A stretch of DNA of 64,000 bases from an uncultured delta proteobacterium (GCA_963848295.1 CAWKDB010000010.1:3360001-3424000), one strand, 5' to 3'. Counted from the first letter of the stretch, positions 1 to 9,900 are shown. Numbers and translations: made by a program. Notes: a model not told the origin generated them from the letters alone.

Positions 1-459
1 CTGGTAGACCCCATTCGAGTCGAACGGAGCGGTATCCGAGGCGTCGCCGGCGAGCAGATACGAGCCGTCGGACGCCTGTTGGTTCGCCGCGCTCAGCGCG
101 GTCTGGAACAACCCGGCGACCTGGACGCCGAGCGACGCGCGTTCGGCGGCGTTGTAGGTTCCCGAGGACGCCTGCACGGCGAGTGCGCGAGCCTGCGAGA
201 CCACGTCCGCGATCGTCGACAGCGCGCCATCGGTTTGTTGCAGCTGGTCGAGCGTCGTCGAGATCGCCTTACCGCCGCCCTGGCTGAGCATCTGGTGGAT
301 CTTGTCGCGCTGAGCCGTCGCCCATGCGACCGGATCGTCCGACGGCACCGCGACGCGCAGTCCCGAGGTGGCGACCTCGCTCGCCTCCGCGACCGCCGAC
401 TGCGCGCGGGCAGCGGCCTCGTTCGCGACGTCGACGATGTGAGTGGAGGTCACGCGCAT
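1..459 (-). CDS. flgL: Flagellar hook-associated protein 3 FlgL (partial, runs off window)
   Basis: Not in the ORF track. Manual translation from ATG at 459 gives MRVTSTHIVDVANEAAARAQSAVAEASEVATSGLRVAVPSDDPVAWA, a flagellin-N/FlgL-type SG.R...PSDDP motif. It follows flgK and has a GAGGA RBS. Confidence 0.85.
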   Translation of the reverse strand, partial: MRVTSTHIVDVANEAAARAQSAVAEASEVATSGLRVAVPSDDPVAWATAQRDKIHQMLSQGGGKAISTTLDQLQQTDGALSTIADVVSQARALAVQASSGTYNAAERASLGVQVAGLFQTALSAANQQASDGSYLLAGDASDTAPFDSNGVYQ

Positions 460-466
460 CGGGTCC

Positions 467-1828
467 TCATAGGTTCTGGATCAGCGAGCTCAACATGTCG
501 TCGACCGCCGAGACGAACTTGGTCAGCGCCGCGGTCGTGTTCTGGAACTTCGCGAGATTCGCCTCTTCCTCGTTCTCGTCGACGCCCGACAGCGAGTCCT
601 GGAGATCGCCGAGGTGGTCGGCCACGGCCTGGTCGGTCGTCGTACTGGCCTTCGCGTCAGCGACCTGGGTGCCGAGGCCGGTCGAGATATCGAGGGCGGC
701 GTCGGTGAGCGACCGCGTTCCCCCGCTCGCGACCTGCTGGCTCGATAGCGCAAACAGCGCCTGCGCGCCCGCGTTGCTACCGCTCGCGCCGCCGACCGCG
801 GCGGTGGCGAGCTGGTTGCTGTTGGCGGCGAGGCCGGGATCGAGCGTCAGCGCCGCCGCCGCGCCCGCGACCTGCGTGAGCGGGGTGAAGATGGTGCGAC
901 CCGAGACACCGTCGAGCCCGGCGTTCGCCGTCGACACCGCGTTGAAGCTCGTCGCGACGTCCGATGCGTACTGGTCGTACTGTGCGGCGATCGTCGTGAG
1001 CTGGCCGCGCACCGCGAGCTCGCCGCCGAGCGAGCCACCCGAGATCTGCGTGGTCACGTCGCGCGTGGTCGAGCCGAGCGTGACGGTGACATCGTTGAGC
1101 CCGGTCGTCGCGTCCGGCGTCGCTTGCATCGTCGCGGCCTGCTGGCCATCGACCAAGACGGCGCCACCGTCGAGGATGAACCGCATCTGTCCATCGCTGC
1201 CGATCTGAGCCTGGCCGCCGACGAGCTGTGCGAGCTGCTGGGCGAGCGAGTCGCGGCGGTCCTGCGCGGTCGGATCGGAGGACGTCGCGACCGCCTTGTT
1301 CGCCGCCGCGAGCTGGTTCGCCAGCGACGTCGCTTGCGTCGCGATGTCGGCGACCTGCTGGTCGGCCGAGCTCGTCGCGGTGGCGACCGTGCTCGCCGCC
1401 GAGTTGATCGAGCCGACGAACGTGCCGAGCGCCGCCACCGTGGCATCGCGCAGGCTCTTGTCGGTCGGCGACGCCGACACCTGGTCGAGGTCGGAGAACA
1501 CGTTCGCGAGCTGATCGGTGATCGACGGGCCGGCGGCGAGCGTGTCCTCGAGATCGGACAGCGCATCGCTCGTCGTCTGTGACCGGCTCAGCGAGCCCTG
1601 CGACGATCGGATCTGCGTGGACAGCAGCTCGCTCGCCGCTCGAGTCGGCGAGCCCGCTACGACGCCCCCGAGCGACGGAGGCCCGATCAGGCTGTCGAGC
1701 TGCACGCTCTCGCGCGAGTAGCCCTGCGTGTTCATGTTCGCGACGTTGTTCGTCGCGACCGCCACTCCACTGTTCTGCGCCGAGATCGCGCTCGCGCCGA
1801 GGTTGAGGAGTGACAGTAAGTCGGACAT
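467..1828 (-). CDS. flgK: Flagellar hook-associated protein FlgK
   Basis: Start trimmed to MSDLLSLL. N-terminal NNVANMNTQGYSRE and C-terminal SGVDENEEEANL motifs. Confidence 0.92.
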   Translation of the reverse strand: MSDLLSLLNLGASAISAQNSGVAVATNNVANMNTQGYSRESVQLDSLIGPPSLGGVVAGSPTRAASELLSTQIRSSQGSLSRSQTTSDALSDLEDTLAAGPSITDQLANVFSDLDQVSASPTDKSLRDATVAALGTFVGSINSAASTVATATSSADQQVADIATQATSLANQLAAANKAVATSSDPTAQDRRDSLAQQLAQLVGGQAQIGSDGQMRFILDGGAVLVDGQQAATMQATPDATTGLNDVTVTLGSTTRDVTTQISGGSLGGELAVRGQLTTIAAQYDQYASDVATSFNAVSTANAGLDGVSGRTIFTPLTQVAGAAAALTLDPGLAANSNQLATAAVGGASGSNAGAQALFALSSQQVASGGTRSLTDAALDISTGLGTQVADAKASTTTDQAVADHLGDLQDSLSGVDENEEEANLAKFQNTTAALTKFVSAVDDMLSSLIQNL

Positions 1829-1830
1829 GA

Positions 1831-2175
1831 CTAGTAGCGAGCGTGAAGTCGATGCGAGGTCGTTTCGGTCCGGCGCGCGTGGCGGTCGTAACCGGTGACT
1901 TCGCGGCCGAGCAGCGCTCGGACCGCGGCGGTCGCGGTCGCGGCGAGCATCGCGGTCGCGCGCGCTTCCGCACGGATCGCTTCGAACAATGCTTTGATCG
2001 CAGGCGACGGGTGCGCGGGTCGTATGCTCGCTAGCCGGTCGGCGACGAGTCGCTTGTTCTCGGACAGCCACGCGAGCTTCTGATGATCGAGCTTGGCGAT
2101 CGCTTTGCGCTCTTCGAGAAACAGAGCGCGCAGCTCTTCGCCGAGGGCACGCAGCTCGTCATCGGTTGCGTTCAC
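1831..2175 (-). CDS. FlgN-like flagellar export chaperone
   Basis: 114-aa helical protein (EERKAIAKLD...LSENK) in the flgM-x-flgK position. Confidence 0.65.
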   Translation of the reverse strand: MNATDDELRALGEELRALFLEERKAIAKLDHQKLAWLSENKRLVADRLASIRPAHPSPAIKALFEAIRAEARATAMLAATATAAVRALLGREVTGYDRHARRTETTSHRLHARY

Positions 2176-2453
2176 GAAGTCGCCCCGCGGACCGAGTCGT
2201 CATCGAGAATGCGCGATGCGAGTTGATCGAGATCGATCGGATACGTGCCGGTCTCGAGCTGCGTGCGGATCTTCGCGATCTTCGCGGTCACCGCAGCGTC
2301 ACTCTTGTCCACCTCACCCGTCGAGCTCGCCGCGGACGTCGCTGCAGGAGACAGCTCGACGATATCGGCGTTGGTTCCGCGGGCGCGCGGAGGCTGTGCG
2401 TCGCGGGGCTCTTGAGCACTGATCGGAACGACAACCTTGGGATCGATTCGCAT
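2172..2453 (-). CDS. flgM: Anti-sigma28 factor FlgM
   Basis: VELS motif and C-terminal KIAKIRTQLETGTYPIDLDQLASRIL. Confidence 0.9.
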   Translation of the reverse strand: MRIDPKVVVPISAQEPRDAQPPRARGTNADIVELSPAATSAASSTGEVDKSDAAVTAKIAKIRTQLETGTYPIDLDQLASRILDDDSVRGATS

Positions 2454-2467
2454 ATCGGGCCTCTTGG

Positions 2468-3238
2468 CTACCGAATCGTCCGAGGTTTCGATCTGTTGAG
2501 AGGGAGTAAGGGCGCTGGATCTACTGTAGTTCCGTCGTGGCGGACCTCGAAGTGGAGGTGGGGACCGGTCGAATAGCCCGTCGTGCCGACCGCGCCGATC
2601 GGAGCGCCGGCGTCGACCCGGTCGCCGACCTTGACCGAGACCGCGCTCAAGTGCGCGTAACGCGTCTCGTATCCTCCTTCGTGGCGGATCGTCACGAGGT
2701 TGCCGTAGGTCCCGGCCGGACCGGCGTGGACCACCGTGCCGGCGGCGGCGGCAGAGACCGGCGTGCCGGTCTTCGCGGCGAGATCGAAGCCGGGGTGGAC
2801 CGAGGTCGTACCTTTGATCGGGTCGATCCGGGTGCCGTACCCGGACGTCGGCGTGCCCTGCACCGGCAGCACGAAGTGCGGCGCGTCTTCTAGCCCGGGC
2901 GGGAGCTGGCCCGGCATCGCTCGAATCGCGCCCGTCGTGATCGGCGCCTGGGGCTGCGCGCTCGCACCTTTGTTCTCGAGTTGCTGCGCGAACAGCTCGG
3001 ACATGCCGAGCCCGCTGCCGGACGACATCTTGTCGGCGAGCGCCTCGTTGAACATCTGCTTGAACGTGTCGCCGGCAAAGCCGCCGTCGAGCATCCCGCC
3101 GCCATCGGGCTGGGCTTCGGCGAGCAGGCGGCGGGTGAAGAACGCCTCGAGCTGCTTCGCAGCGACGTGCGCGTCATCGGGCTTCGCCGGTGCGGTAGGC
3201 GTCGCGAGCCCGTGCGTCGCGTGCGCGACGTGGCTCAC
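2468..3238 (-). CDS. FlgJ-type rod-binding domain fused to M23 metallopeptidase
   Basis: GTG start overlaps the flgI stop. AAKQLEAFF...FKQMFNEALADKMS..SGLGMSELF is a rod-binding domain. It is followed by M23 motifs HPGFD, YAHLS and GPHLHFE. Confidence 0.85.
   Translation of the reverse strand: MSHVAHATHGLATPTAPAKPDDAHVAAKQLEAFFTRRLLAEAQPDGGGMLDGGFAGDTFKQMFNEALADKMSSGSGLGMSELFAQQLENKGASAQPQAPITTGAIRAMPGQLPPGLEDAPHFVLPVQGTPTSGYGTRIDPIKGTTSVHPGFDLAAKTGTPVSAAAAGTVVHAGPAGTYGNLVTIRHEGGYETRYAHLSAVSVKVGDRVDAGAPIGAVGTTGYSTGPHLHFEVRHDGTTVDPAPLLPLNRSKPRTIR
2473..2499 (-). promoter_or_regulatory. Putative sigma28 (FliA) promoter of flgM-flgN-flgK-flgL
   Basis: Minus strand TCAA-N15-GACGATTC against the consensus TAAA-N15-GCCGATAA, 19 nt before the flgM ATG. 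Confidence 0.65.
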
Positions 3239-4338
3239 AACATCTCCAGGTCGGCCCGCAGCGCACCGGCGGCGCGCAAGGCACGCAAGATCGACACGAG
3301 ATCGCGCGGCTTCGCGCCGAGAGCCGCGAGCGCGGCCGCGACATCGCCGACGGTGGCCGAGGTCGACACGACCTTGAACTCGCTCGCCTGCTCCTCGGCT
3401 TTGAGGTCGGTGTGCTGGACGAGCTTGGTCTGGCCCTTCGTGAGCGCCGCGATCGGTTGCGACGCGGTCGGCGTCTCGTTGACCTCGATCGTCAGCGCGC
3501 CGAACGTGATCGCGGCGGGTCGCAGCCGCACCGCCTCGCCGATCACGATCGTGCCGGTCTTCTCGTCGACGATGACCTTCGCGCGGACGTCGGGTTCGAC
3601 CTCGATCGCCTCGAGTTGCGTGATCAGCGCGGCGACGTTTGTCCGAGCCGCCGCGGGGATCGGGACGACGACGGTACCGGCATCGCGCGCGATCGACGTG
3701 GTCGGACCGAGCACCGCCTCGATCGCGGCCTGCATGCGAGACGCGGTCGTGAAGTCGGGCTCCTTGAGTAGGAACACGATCTGTTTGTCGGGAACCACGC
3801 TCGGCGCGGCGACCTCGACGGTCGCGCCGCCGGGGAGCAGACCGACGGTGGGATGATTCTTCTTCGACGACGAGCCGGTCGCGCCCTCCGACACGAAGCC
3901 ACCGACCGACAGCGCACCCTGCGCGATCGCCCAGGTCTTGCCGTCCGGGCCTTTGAGCGGCGCCGCGATCAGCGTGCCACCGACCAGGCTCCTCGCGTTG
4001 CCCATCGACGACGCGGTGACGTCGAACGAGGTGCCGGGCTTCGCGAACGCCGGAAGCTCGGCGGTCAGCACGACCGCGGCGACGTTCTTCGCCTTCAGCA
4101 ACGTCGGATCGATCGTCAGACCGAGCCGCTTGAGCATCTTCGTCAGCGCGTCCTTGACGATCGGCGACATGATGTCGTCGCCGCTGCTGTCGAGACCGAC
4201 GACGACGCCGATGCCGGTGAGATGGTTGTCGCGAACGCCGGCGATCGTCGTCAGATCTTTGATCCGATCGGCGGACGCGGTGCCGCCCGAGGCAGCGACG
4301 ACGCCGAGGGCGATCGCGATGACGGCGAGCGTACGCAT
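3235..4338 (-). CDS. flgI: Flagellar P-ring protein FlgI
   Basis: Signal peptide; RIKDL...GVRDNHLTGIGVVVGL; KNVAAV; DEKTGTIVIG; AAGALRADL. Confidence 0.95.
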   Translation of the reverse strand: MRTLAVIAIALGVVAASGGTASADRIKDLTTIAGVRDNHLTGIGVVVGLDSSGDDIMSPIVKDALTKMLKRLGLTIDPTLLKAKNVAAVVLTAELPAFAKPGTSFDVTASSMGNARSLVGGTLIAAPLKGPDGKTWAIAQGALSVGGFVSEGATGSSSKKNHPTVGLLPGGATVEVAAPSVVPDKQIVFLLKEPDFTTASRMQAAIEAVLGPTTSIARDAGTVVVPIPAAARTNVAALITQLEAIEVEPDVRAKVIVDEKTGTIVIGEAVRLRPAAITFGALTIEVNETPTASQPIAALTKGQTKLVQHTDLKAEEQASEFKVVSTSATVGDVAAALAALGAKPRDLVSILRALRAAGALRADLEML

Positions 4339-5021
4339 CAGAAGGGCCACAGCTTGCTGAGGATGCGACCGAGCCAGCCGCGGCGTTGCGTGTCGCTGAT
4401 ATCCCCGCGCCCGGTGTACTCGACCTCGGCATCGGCGATGCGCGACGAAGGAATCGAGTCGTCGTCCGCGACGTCGATGCGACGAACGACGCCGCTGACG
4501 TAGATCTGATGCTCCTCGTTACCGACCATCACGACCTTGCTGCCTTCGATCACGAGATCGCTCGACGGCAAGACGTCGATGACGCGGACGGGCAGCGTCG
4601 CGGTGACTTGGCCTTGGCGGTTGACCGCGCCCTGGCCGGTGAACTTCTGGTCCGACGTCGACGAGAACAACGTCGTCGGATCGATGCCGGGATACTTGGC
4701 CTTGAGTGCGGCGATGAAGCCGAGCGCGGCCGGCATGCCGTACGTCGTCGCGTCCGACTTGTTGAGCGTCGTGTCGGCTTGGTGGCTCGCGAGATCCTTC
4801 TCGTCGACCTTGATCACCAGGATGTCGCCGATCCGCGAGGCGACTGGATCTTCGAGCAGGCCCGGGGTGCCGTCGGCGTACAAGCTGCCGTTGCTCGCCG
4901 CGTTGCGGTTGCCGAACTTACCGTAGTCGAACTTGCGATGCTTCGCGTGATATGGCGCGATGTGGGTCACGCACGCGCTACCGGCGAACGCTGCGATCGC
5001 GACGAGCGCCAGGCGGTTCAT
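4338..5021 (-). CDS. flgH: Flagellar L-ring lipoprotein FlgH
   Basis: Lipobox GSAC; GSLY...GDILVI; SSRIADAEVEYTGRG; GWL....KLWPF. Confidence 0.93.
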   Translation of the reverse strand: MNRLALVAIAAFAGSACVTHIAPYHAKHRKFDYGKFGNRNAASNGSLYADGTPGLLEDPVASRIGDILVIKVDEKDLASHQADTTLNKSDATTYGMPAALGFIAALKAKYPGIDPTTLFSSTSDQKFTGQGAVNRQGQVTATLPVRVIDVLPSSDLVIEGSKVVMVGNEEHQIYVSGVVRRIDVADDDSIPSSRIADAEVEYTGRGDISDTQRRGWLGRILSKLWPF

Positions 5022-5689
5022 GGAGCAGCTCCGATCACGACCGTCGCTGGTGCAACCAATATGCCGTGCAGCAGGGTCTTGGTCGCGAGCAGCCGGACCG
5101 TCGCGGGCTCGCCAAAACGGGCAGCTAGCTCGAGCACGCCAGTGCCGCGAATCCGCAGGCCACCGCGACGGACGTCAACGCTGACGTCGGTGCCGCGGGG
5201 TAGCGGCGCGGGGAGCGAGACGTCTTGGGCGCCGATCGTCGCCCCGGCTTCGAGGTCGCGGGTGAGCGTTCCGCCCACCACTTCCGTCGCCGCATCATCG
5301 CCGACCGCGCGATGCTCGATCACGACATCGGCATCCGTGATCACCGAGCCGATCGGCAAGGCCGCGCGCATGACCGCCACCGCGACGACGTGCGCGATCG
5401 TGACCGGCACGTAGGCGACCCGGCCACGAACCCTGATCTTGATGCTCGGCCGGCCGGCGCGCAGGTCGCGCGGCGCTTCGACCGTGATCGAGCTCGGCGC
5501 GATATCGAGGTGCGCGAGCGCGGGCGGCACATAGATCTCGGCGACGCCGAACCCGGCAGGTAGCGACGGCTCGAGCCGCGCGCGAATCGCGTCGGCGATC
5601 GACTCGGCGTGGGCCGGCCGCGCTGTCGCCAGCGCGACCGCGGCGGTCGCGACGAGCACGAGCACCGCGGTGACGATCGTGCGCCTCAT
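5018..5689 (-). CDS. flgA: P-ring assembly protein FlgA (SAF domain)
   Basis: Signal peptide, SAF-like and ChapFlgA C-terminal pattern; lies between flgG and flgH. Confidence 0.8.
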   Translation of the reverse strand: MRRTIVTAVLVLVATAAVALATARPAHAESIADAIRARLEPSLPAGFGVAEIYVPPALAHLDIAPSSITVEAPRDLRAGRPSIKIRVRGRVAYVPVTIAHVVAVAVMRAALPIGSVITDADVVIEHRAVGDDAATEVVGGTLTRDLEAGATIGAQDVSLPAPLPRGTDVSVDVRRGGLRIRGTGVLELAARFGEPATVRLLATKTLLHGILVAPATVVIGAAP

Positions 5690-6471
5690 CGCAGCTGCGC
5701 CGTGTCGGACAGCATCTCGTCCGCCGCCTTGACGACGCGCGAGTTGACCTCGTACGCGCGTTGCCCGGCGATCAGGTCGATCATCTCTTCGACGACGTTG
5801 ACGTTCGAGACTTCGAGCATGCCCTGTTGGATCGTGCCGGCGCCGCCCTGGCCGGGCTCGCCGAGCACCGCGGTGCCCGACGCGGCGGTCTCCTTGAACA
5901 GCGTCTGGCCCTGGGCTGCGAGGCCGGCGGGGTTCGCGAACGTCGCGAGCTGGATCTTGCCGAGCTCGGTGGGCTGCGCCTGGTTCGGCACGGTCGCCGA
6001 CACCGTGCCGTCGGTCGCGATCGTCACGGTCTGTGCGTCGGGTGGGATCGTGATGCCTCCGACGATCTCGTAGCCGTCGGAGGTGACGAGCTTGCCCTCC
6101 GAGCTCATCTGCAGCGCGCCGTTGCGGGTGTAGGCGGTCGTCCCGTCGGGCTCTTGCACCGGCAAGAATCCGTTGCCCTGGATCGCGACGTCGAGCGTGT
6201 TGCCGGTCTGGTGCAGCTCGCCTTGCGACAGCTCGCGCGACGTGTTGACCAGCCGGGTCCCGAGGCCGATCTCGGTCGCGCTCGGCGCCATGGTGCCGTT
6301 GCCGGTCGGCGTGCCGGCGGCGCGCACCTGTTGATACATGAGGTCGGCGAACTCGGCGCGGCCTTTCTTGAAGCCGTTGGTCGAGACGTTCGCGATGTTG
6401 TTGGCGGTGACGTCCAGCTTGGTCTGCTGGGCTTCCATGCCGGATGCGGCGGTGGCGAGTGAGCGAAACAT
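5686..6471 (-). CDS. flgG: Distal rod protein FlgG
   Basis: ANNIANVSTNGFKKGRAEFADLMYQ and LEVSNVNVVEEMIDLIAGQRAYEVNS. Confidence 0.96.
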   Translation of the reverse strand: MFRSLATAASGMEAQQTKLDVTANNIANVSTNGFKKGRAEFADLMYQQVRAAGTPTGNGTMAPSATEIGLGTRLVNTSRELSQGELHQTGNTLDVAIQGNGFLPVQEPDGTTAYTRNGALQMSSEGKLVTSDGYEIVGGITIPPDAQTVTIATDGTVSATVPNQAQPTELGKIQLATFANPAGLAAQGQTLFKETAASGTAVLGEPGQGGAGTIQQGMLEVSNVNVVEEMIDLIAGQRAYEVNSRVVKAADEMLSDTAQLR

Positions 6472-6491
6472 GTTGGCTCCTGTGCTCCTGG

Positions 6492-7202
6492 TTATTTCGG
6501 TCCGCCGAGATCGCGCGCCGCGCGATCCTCGCAGTCGTGATAGCCCTGGATGATCTTCATCAGCGACTCGTAGGTGCGCGACTCCTTGACGAGCTCGACG
6601 ACGCCGCGCACGATGTTGACGTTCGAAGACTCGAGCATGCCGGACCGCACTTTCGGCGGGTCACCGGCTGCGGGCGCGCCGGACGCCGAGAACAGCGAGC
6701 TGCCTTCGCGCTTCATCTGATTCGTCGCGAACCGGGTGAGCGCGAGCTTGCCGAGCGGTTGGCCGTCGGCGGTGACCATCCCATCGATCCCGACCGTGAC
6801 CGACGTCGTGTTCGGCGGGACCGTGATCGGCCCGGCGTCGCCGAGCACCGGGTTGCCGTCGCCGGTGACGAGCTGGCGCTGATCGTCGAGCTGGAAGTTG
6901 CCGGCGCGGGTGTAGCGCGTGCCGTTGCTGGTCTGCACCGAGAAGTAACCGTCGCCGTCGAGCGCGAGGTCGAGCGGGTTGTCGGTCGGGGTCAGGGCGC
7001 CACCCTGCGAGTCGACGCGAGCGGTGAGCGCGCTGACCGATGCGACGTCGGCGGACTTCACCGTGCCGAGCGCCTCCTTGAACGTGATCCGATCGCCGTG
7101 GAACCCTGCGGTGTTCGCGTTCGCGATGTTGTTCGCGGTGGCGTCGAGCGCCTGCGAGGCGGCGACCGCGCCGGCCGTCGCGACGTAGATGCCGCTGCTC
7201 AC
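6492..7202 (-). CDS. flgF: Proximal rod protein FlgF
   Basis: ANNIANANTAGF, NPLDLAL.GDGYF, YTRAGNF and LESSNVN; upstream of flgG. Confidence 0.9.
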   Translation of the reverse strand: MSSGIYVATAGAVAASQALDATANNIANANTAGFHGDRITFKEALGTVKSADVASVSALTARVDSQGGALTPTDNPLDLALDGDGYFSVQTSNGTRYTRAGNFQLDDQRQLVTGDGNPVLGDAGPITVPPNTTSVTVGIDGMVTADGQPLGKLALTRFATNQMKREGSSLFSASGAPAAGDPPKVRSGMLESSNVNIVRGVVELVKESRTYESLMKIIQGYHDCEDRAARDLGGPK

Positions 7203-7927
7203 TGGGCTCCTGTCATGGCTTCGGATCCGATGATCTCGACGCGCAGGCGAGCGATCGCACGACCGTGGAGCTGACAGACGCGCGACACGGTCACGCGCAA
7301 CACCTGCGCGATCTCGGCGTAGGTGAGCTCTTCGTTGTAGTAGAGCGACAACACGAGCACGTCGCGTTGGTCGAGCTTGTCGAGCGCGGTGCGAATCTTC
7401 GACAGCGCCTGCAGCCGGCCGGCTTGCGCCTCGGGCGAGTGCTCGTCGCTGGTCATCATCGCGGCGGTGTTGTCGCCGGTCTCGAGCGCGCCGACCGTCA
7501 CATGGACGAGCTGTTCGAGGTTTGCGCGGTATTCGTCGATCGTCACGCCGAGTCGCTCCGCGACCTGCTCGTCGCTCGGCGGCATCCCGAGCTCGCGCTC
7601 GAGCTCTTGGATCGTCTGGCCGACCTTGCGCGCGAGGTGACGCACGCGCCGAGGCATGATGTCGCCGCGGCGGAGCTCGTCGAGCACGGCCCCGCGGATG
7701 CGCTTCTCGGCGAACGACAAGAACGGCTCGTTGCGGGTGTCGTCGTAGCGCTCGGCCGCCTCGGTCAGCCCGAGCATGCCGGCGGCGACGAGATCATCGC
7801 GGGTGATCCAATCGGGGCAACGGCGAGCCATGCGAAGTGAGATCCGCCGGGCGATCTCGATGTGCTCGGAGATCAGCCGATCGCGTTCGGCGTTGGGTCT
7901 CCGGTTTTGTGCAGCGTAAGCCTTCAT
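7199..7927 (-). CDS. fliA: RNA polymerase sigma28 factor FliA/WhiG
   Basis: Start trimmed to MKAYAAQ (ATGA overlap). RIRGAVLDELR and LSLYYNEELTYAEIA...SRVCQLH. Confidence 0.93.
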   Translation of the reverse strand: MKAYAAQNRRPNAERDRLISEHIEIARRISLRMARRCPDWITRDDLVAAGMLGLTEAAERYDDTRNEPFLSFAEKRIRGAVLDELRRGDIMPRRVRHLARKVGQTIQELERELGMPPSDEQVAERLGVTIDEYRANLEQLVHVTVGALETGDNTAAMMTSDEHSPEAQAGRLQALSKIRTALDKLDQRDVLVLSLYYNEELTYAEIAQVLRVTVSRVCQLHGRAIARLRVEIIGSEAMTGAQ

Positions 7928-8790
7928 CGAGAGCCTCCTTGAGCACGAGCGGGAACGCGCCACCACGAAGCCGATGGCGTTGGAGCGAGCGTGGCGAGCG
8001 TCCGGGTCAGCTGGCGGATCGCGCGCGCGGCGGGCGAGTCGGGTGCGTGGGCGAGCAGCGGCACGCCGATCTGCGCGGCCTCGGCGACCGCGGGATCGGC
8101 TGGAATCGGCGGCAACGCGGTGACCTCGAGATCGAGGAAGCGCGCGACGAGGGCACCGAGCCGGGCGACGAGCTCGTCGGCGTGGGCGCGCGAGCTGACG
8201 CGATTCGGCACGAGGTACGCGTGGCGCACGCCCTGCTCGGTCGCGAGCACCTTGAGACACGCGTACGCATCCGCGATCGACAGCGGCTCGGGGTTGACGA
8301 CGACGATCGCGTCGGTCGTGGCGCCCGCGAACATCGTCTGCGCCTGGCCGATGCCGGCGGCGATGTCGACGATCAGCGTGTCGAACTGCGAAGCGAGCAT
8401 GTCGACGAGGTCGAGCATGCGGCGCTGTACGCTCGGGCCGATCGTCGACAGCAAGTAGCTGCCGTTCAGCGCGGGCAGGAGGTGGATGCCGTGCGCGGCG
8501 AGCAACACGTCTTGCACCGGGGTGCCGCCGAGCGCGTCGAGGATGCTGCGTTCCGGCGCGACGCCGAGCAGCAAGTTGAGGTCGGCCATGCCGAGATCGG
8601 TGTCGACGACGAGCGTGCGCGAGCCGGTCTGCGCGTAGGCGAGTGCGAGGTTGACCGCGATCGTGCTCTTGCCGACGCCGCCTTTGCCACCGGCGACCGC
8701 GATCGCCCGGCGCGCGGGGGCCACGAACGTCGGTGGCTGGCTGCCGCCGCCCCCTCGAATCACACGCAATGTAGCTGCTTGGTCGGTCAC
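7924..8790 (-). CDS. flhG: MinD-like flagellar number regulator FlhG/FleN
   Basis: N-terminal DQAATLR; GGKGGVGKS; DTDLGMADL; PEPLSIADAY. Confidence 0.92.
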   Translation of the reverse strand: MTDQAATLRVIRGGGGSQPPTFVAPARRAIAVAGGKGGVGKSTIAVNLALAYAQTGSRTLVVDTDLGMADLNLLLGVAPERSILDALGGTPVQDVLLAAHGIHLLPALNGSYLLSTIGPSVQRRMLDLVDMLASQFDTLIVDIAAGIGQAQTMFAGATTDAIVVVNPEPLSIADAYACLKVLATEQGVRHAYLVPNRVSSRAHADELVARLGALVARFLDLEVTALPPIPADPAVAEAAQIGVPLLAHAPDSPAARAIRQLTRTLATLAPTPSASWWRVPARAQGGSR

Positions 8791-8802
8791 GTCGGCTCCT
8801 GA

Positions 8803-9900
8803 TTACGCGGCGCGAGTACGGCTGTTGGACATCCCGGCGAGGCCAGCGGAGGCGAGCTCGAGCAAGCGCGCAGACGTCGGCTCCTCGAGATCTTCGGGAA
8901 CGGCCTGGCCGGTCGTGACCCAGGTGATCGGCAGCGCGAGACGCGCGGGTGATCGCGCGAGCTCGGGCGCGTCGTTGACCTCGTCGAGCTTCGTGAACAG
9001 CAAGCGCTGCGGGTTGAGAGCGCGCGTGCGGTGCGCGAGGTCGTCGATCGCGGCGACGTTCGTCGAGGCGGGAATGACCAGGTGGATCTCGATCGGCGGC
9101 AGGTTCGGCAGCGCCTCGGCGAGCTCGTCGATCGCGCGGTTGTCGCGCGGGCTGCGACCGGCGGTGTCGATCAAGACGAGGTCGTCGTTGCCGTCGAGGT
9201 AGTCGCGCAGGTCCGCCGGCGAATTCGCGACGTGGAGCGGCACGCCGATCAGGTCGGCGAACGTACGGATCTGCTCGATGCCGCCGACCCGATAGTTGTC
9301 GAGAGTGACGATCGAGACCCGCTTGCCTTCGACCAGCGCCGCGCGCGCGGCGAGCTTCGCGATCGTCGTGGTCTTGCCGGCGCCGGTCGGGCCGACCAGC
9401 ATGATCGCGTTGCCGATCGACGGGGCCGTCAGCGGCGCGTTCGGCGTGGGCACATCGTTGGCGATGTTCTTCGTGCTGTTCGGCTTCGCACCCGGCGCGG
9501 GTGCGAGCCGCAGCTCTTCGATCAGCTTGCGCAGCGCCGCGAGCTCGCCGCGGATCTCGGTCGTGCCACGGTTGTCGCTGCCGCTCGCGCGAACCAACGC
9601 GCGCAACGAGCGCAGCTCGCTGCGGATCGGCGCGATCAGCTTCTCGACGTTCTCCTCGTTGTTCACTTGCGGCGCGGCCTGAGCCTCGCGAGCGGCGGCG
9701 GCTGCTGCCGCGGCGAACCGTGGCATCCGCGGCGCGTCGTCGTCGCCGTCGTCGATCGCCGCCGAGATCTCCATCGCCGTGCCGAGCAGGCCGCGCCGGA
9801 TCTGCCGAGTCGCCACGATCACGGCTTCGTCGCCGAGCTCGGCTTTCACCTTCGCGACCGCCTCGCGCATCGTCGCGCCTTCGAACTTCATGATCTTCAT
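8803..9900 (-). CDS. flhF: SRP-type GTPase FlhF
   Basis: GPTGAGKTTTIAKLAA, DNYRVGG.EQ, DTAGRS, TKLDE and GQAVPEDL. Confidence 0.95.
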   Translation of the reverse strand: MKIMKFEGATMREAVAKVKAELGDEAVIVATRQIRRGLLGTAMEISAAIDDGDDDAPRMPRFAAAAAAAAREAQAAPQVNNEENVEKLIAPIRSELRSLRALVRASGSDNRGTTEIRGELAALRKLIEELRLAPAPGAKPNSTKNIANDVPTPNAPLTAPSIGNAIMLVGPTGAGKTTTIAKLAARAALVEGKRVSIVTLDNYRVGGIEQIRTFADLIGVPLHVANSPADLRDYLDGNDDLVLIDTAGRSPRDNRAIDELAEALPNLPPIEIHLVIPASTNVAAIDDLAHRTRALNPQRLLFTKLDEVNDAPELARSPARLALPITWVTTGQAVPEDLEEPTSARLLELASAGLAGMSNSRTRAA

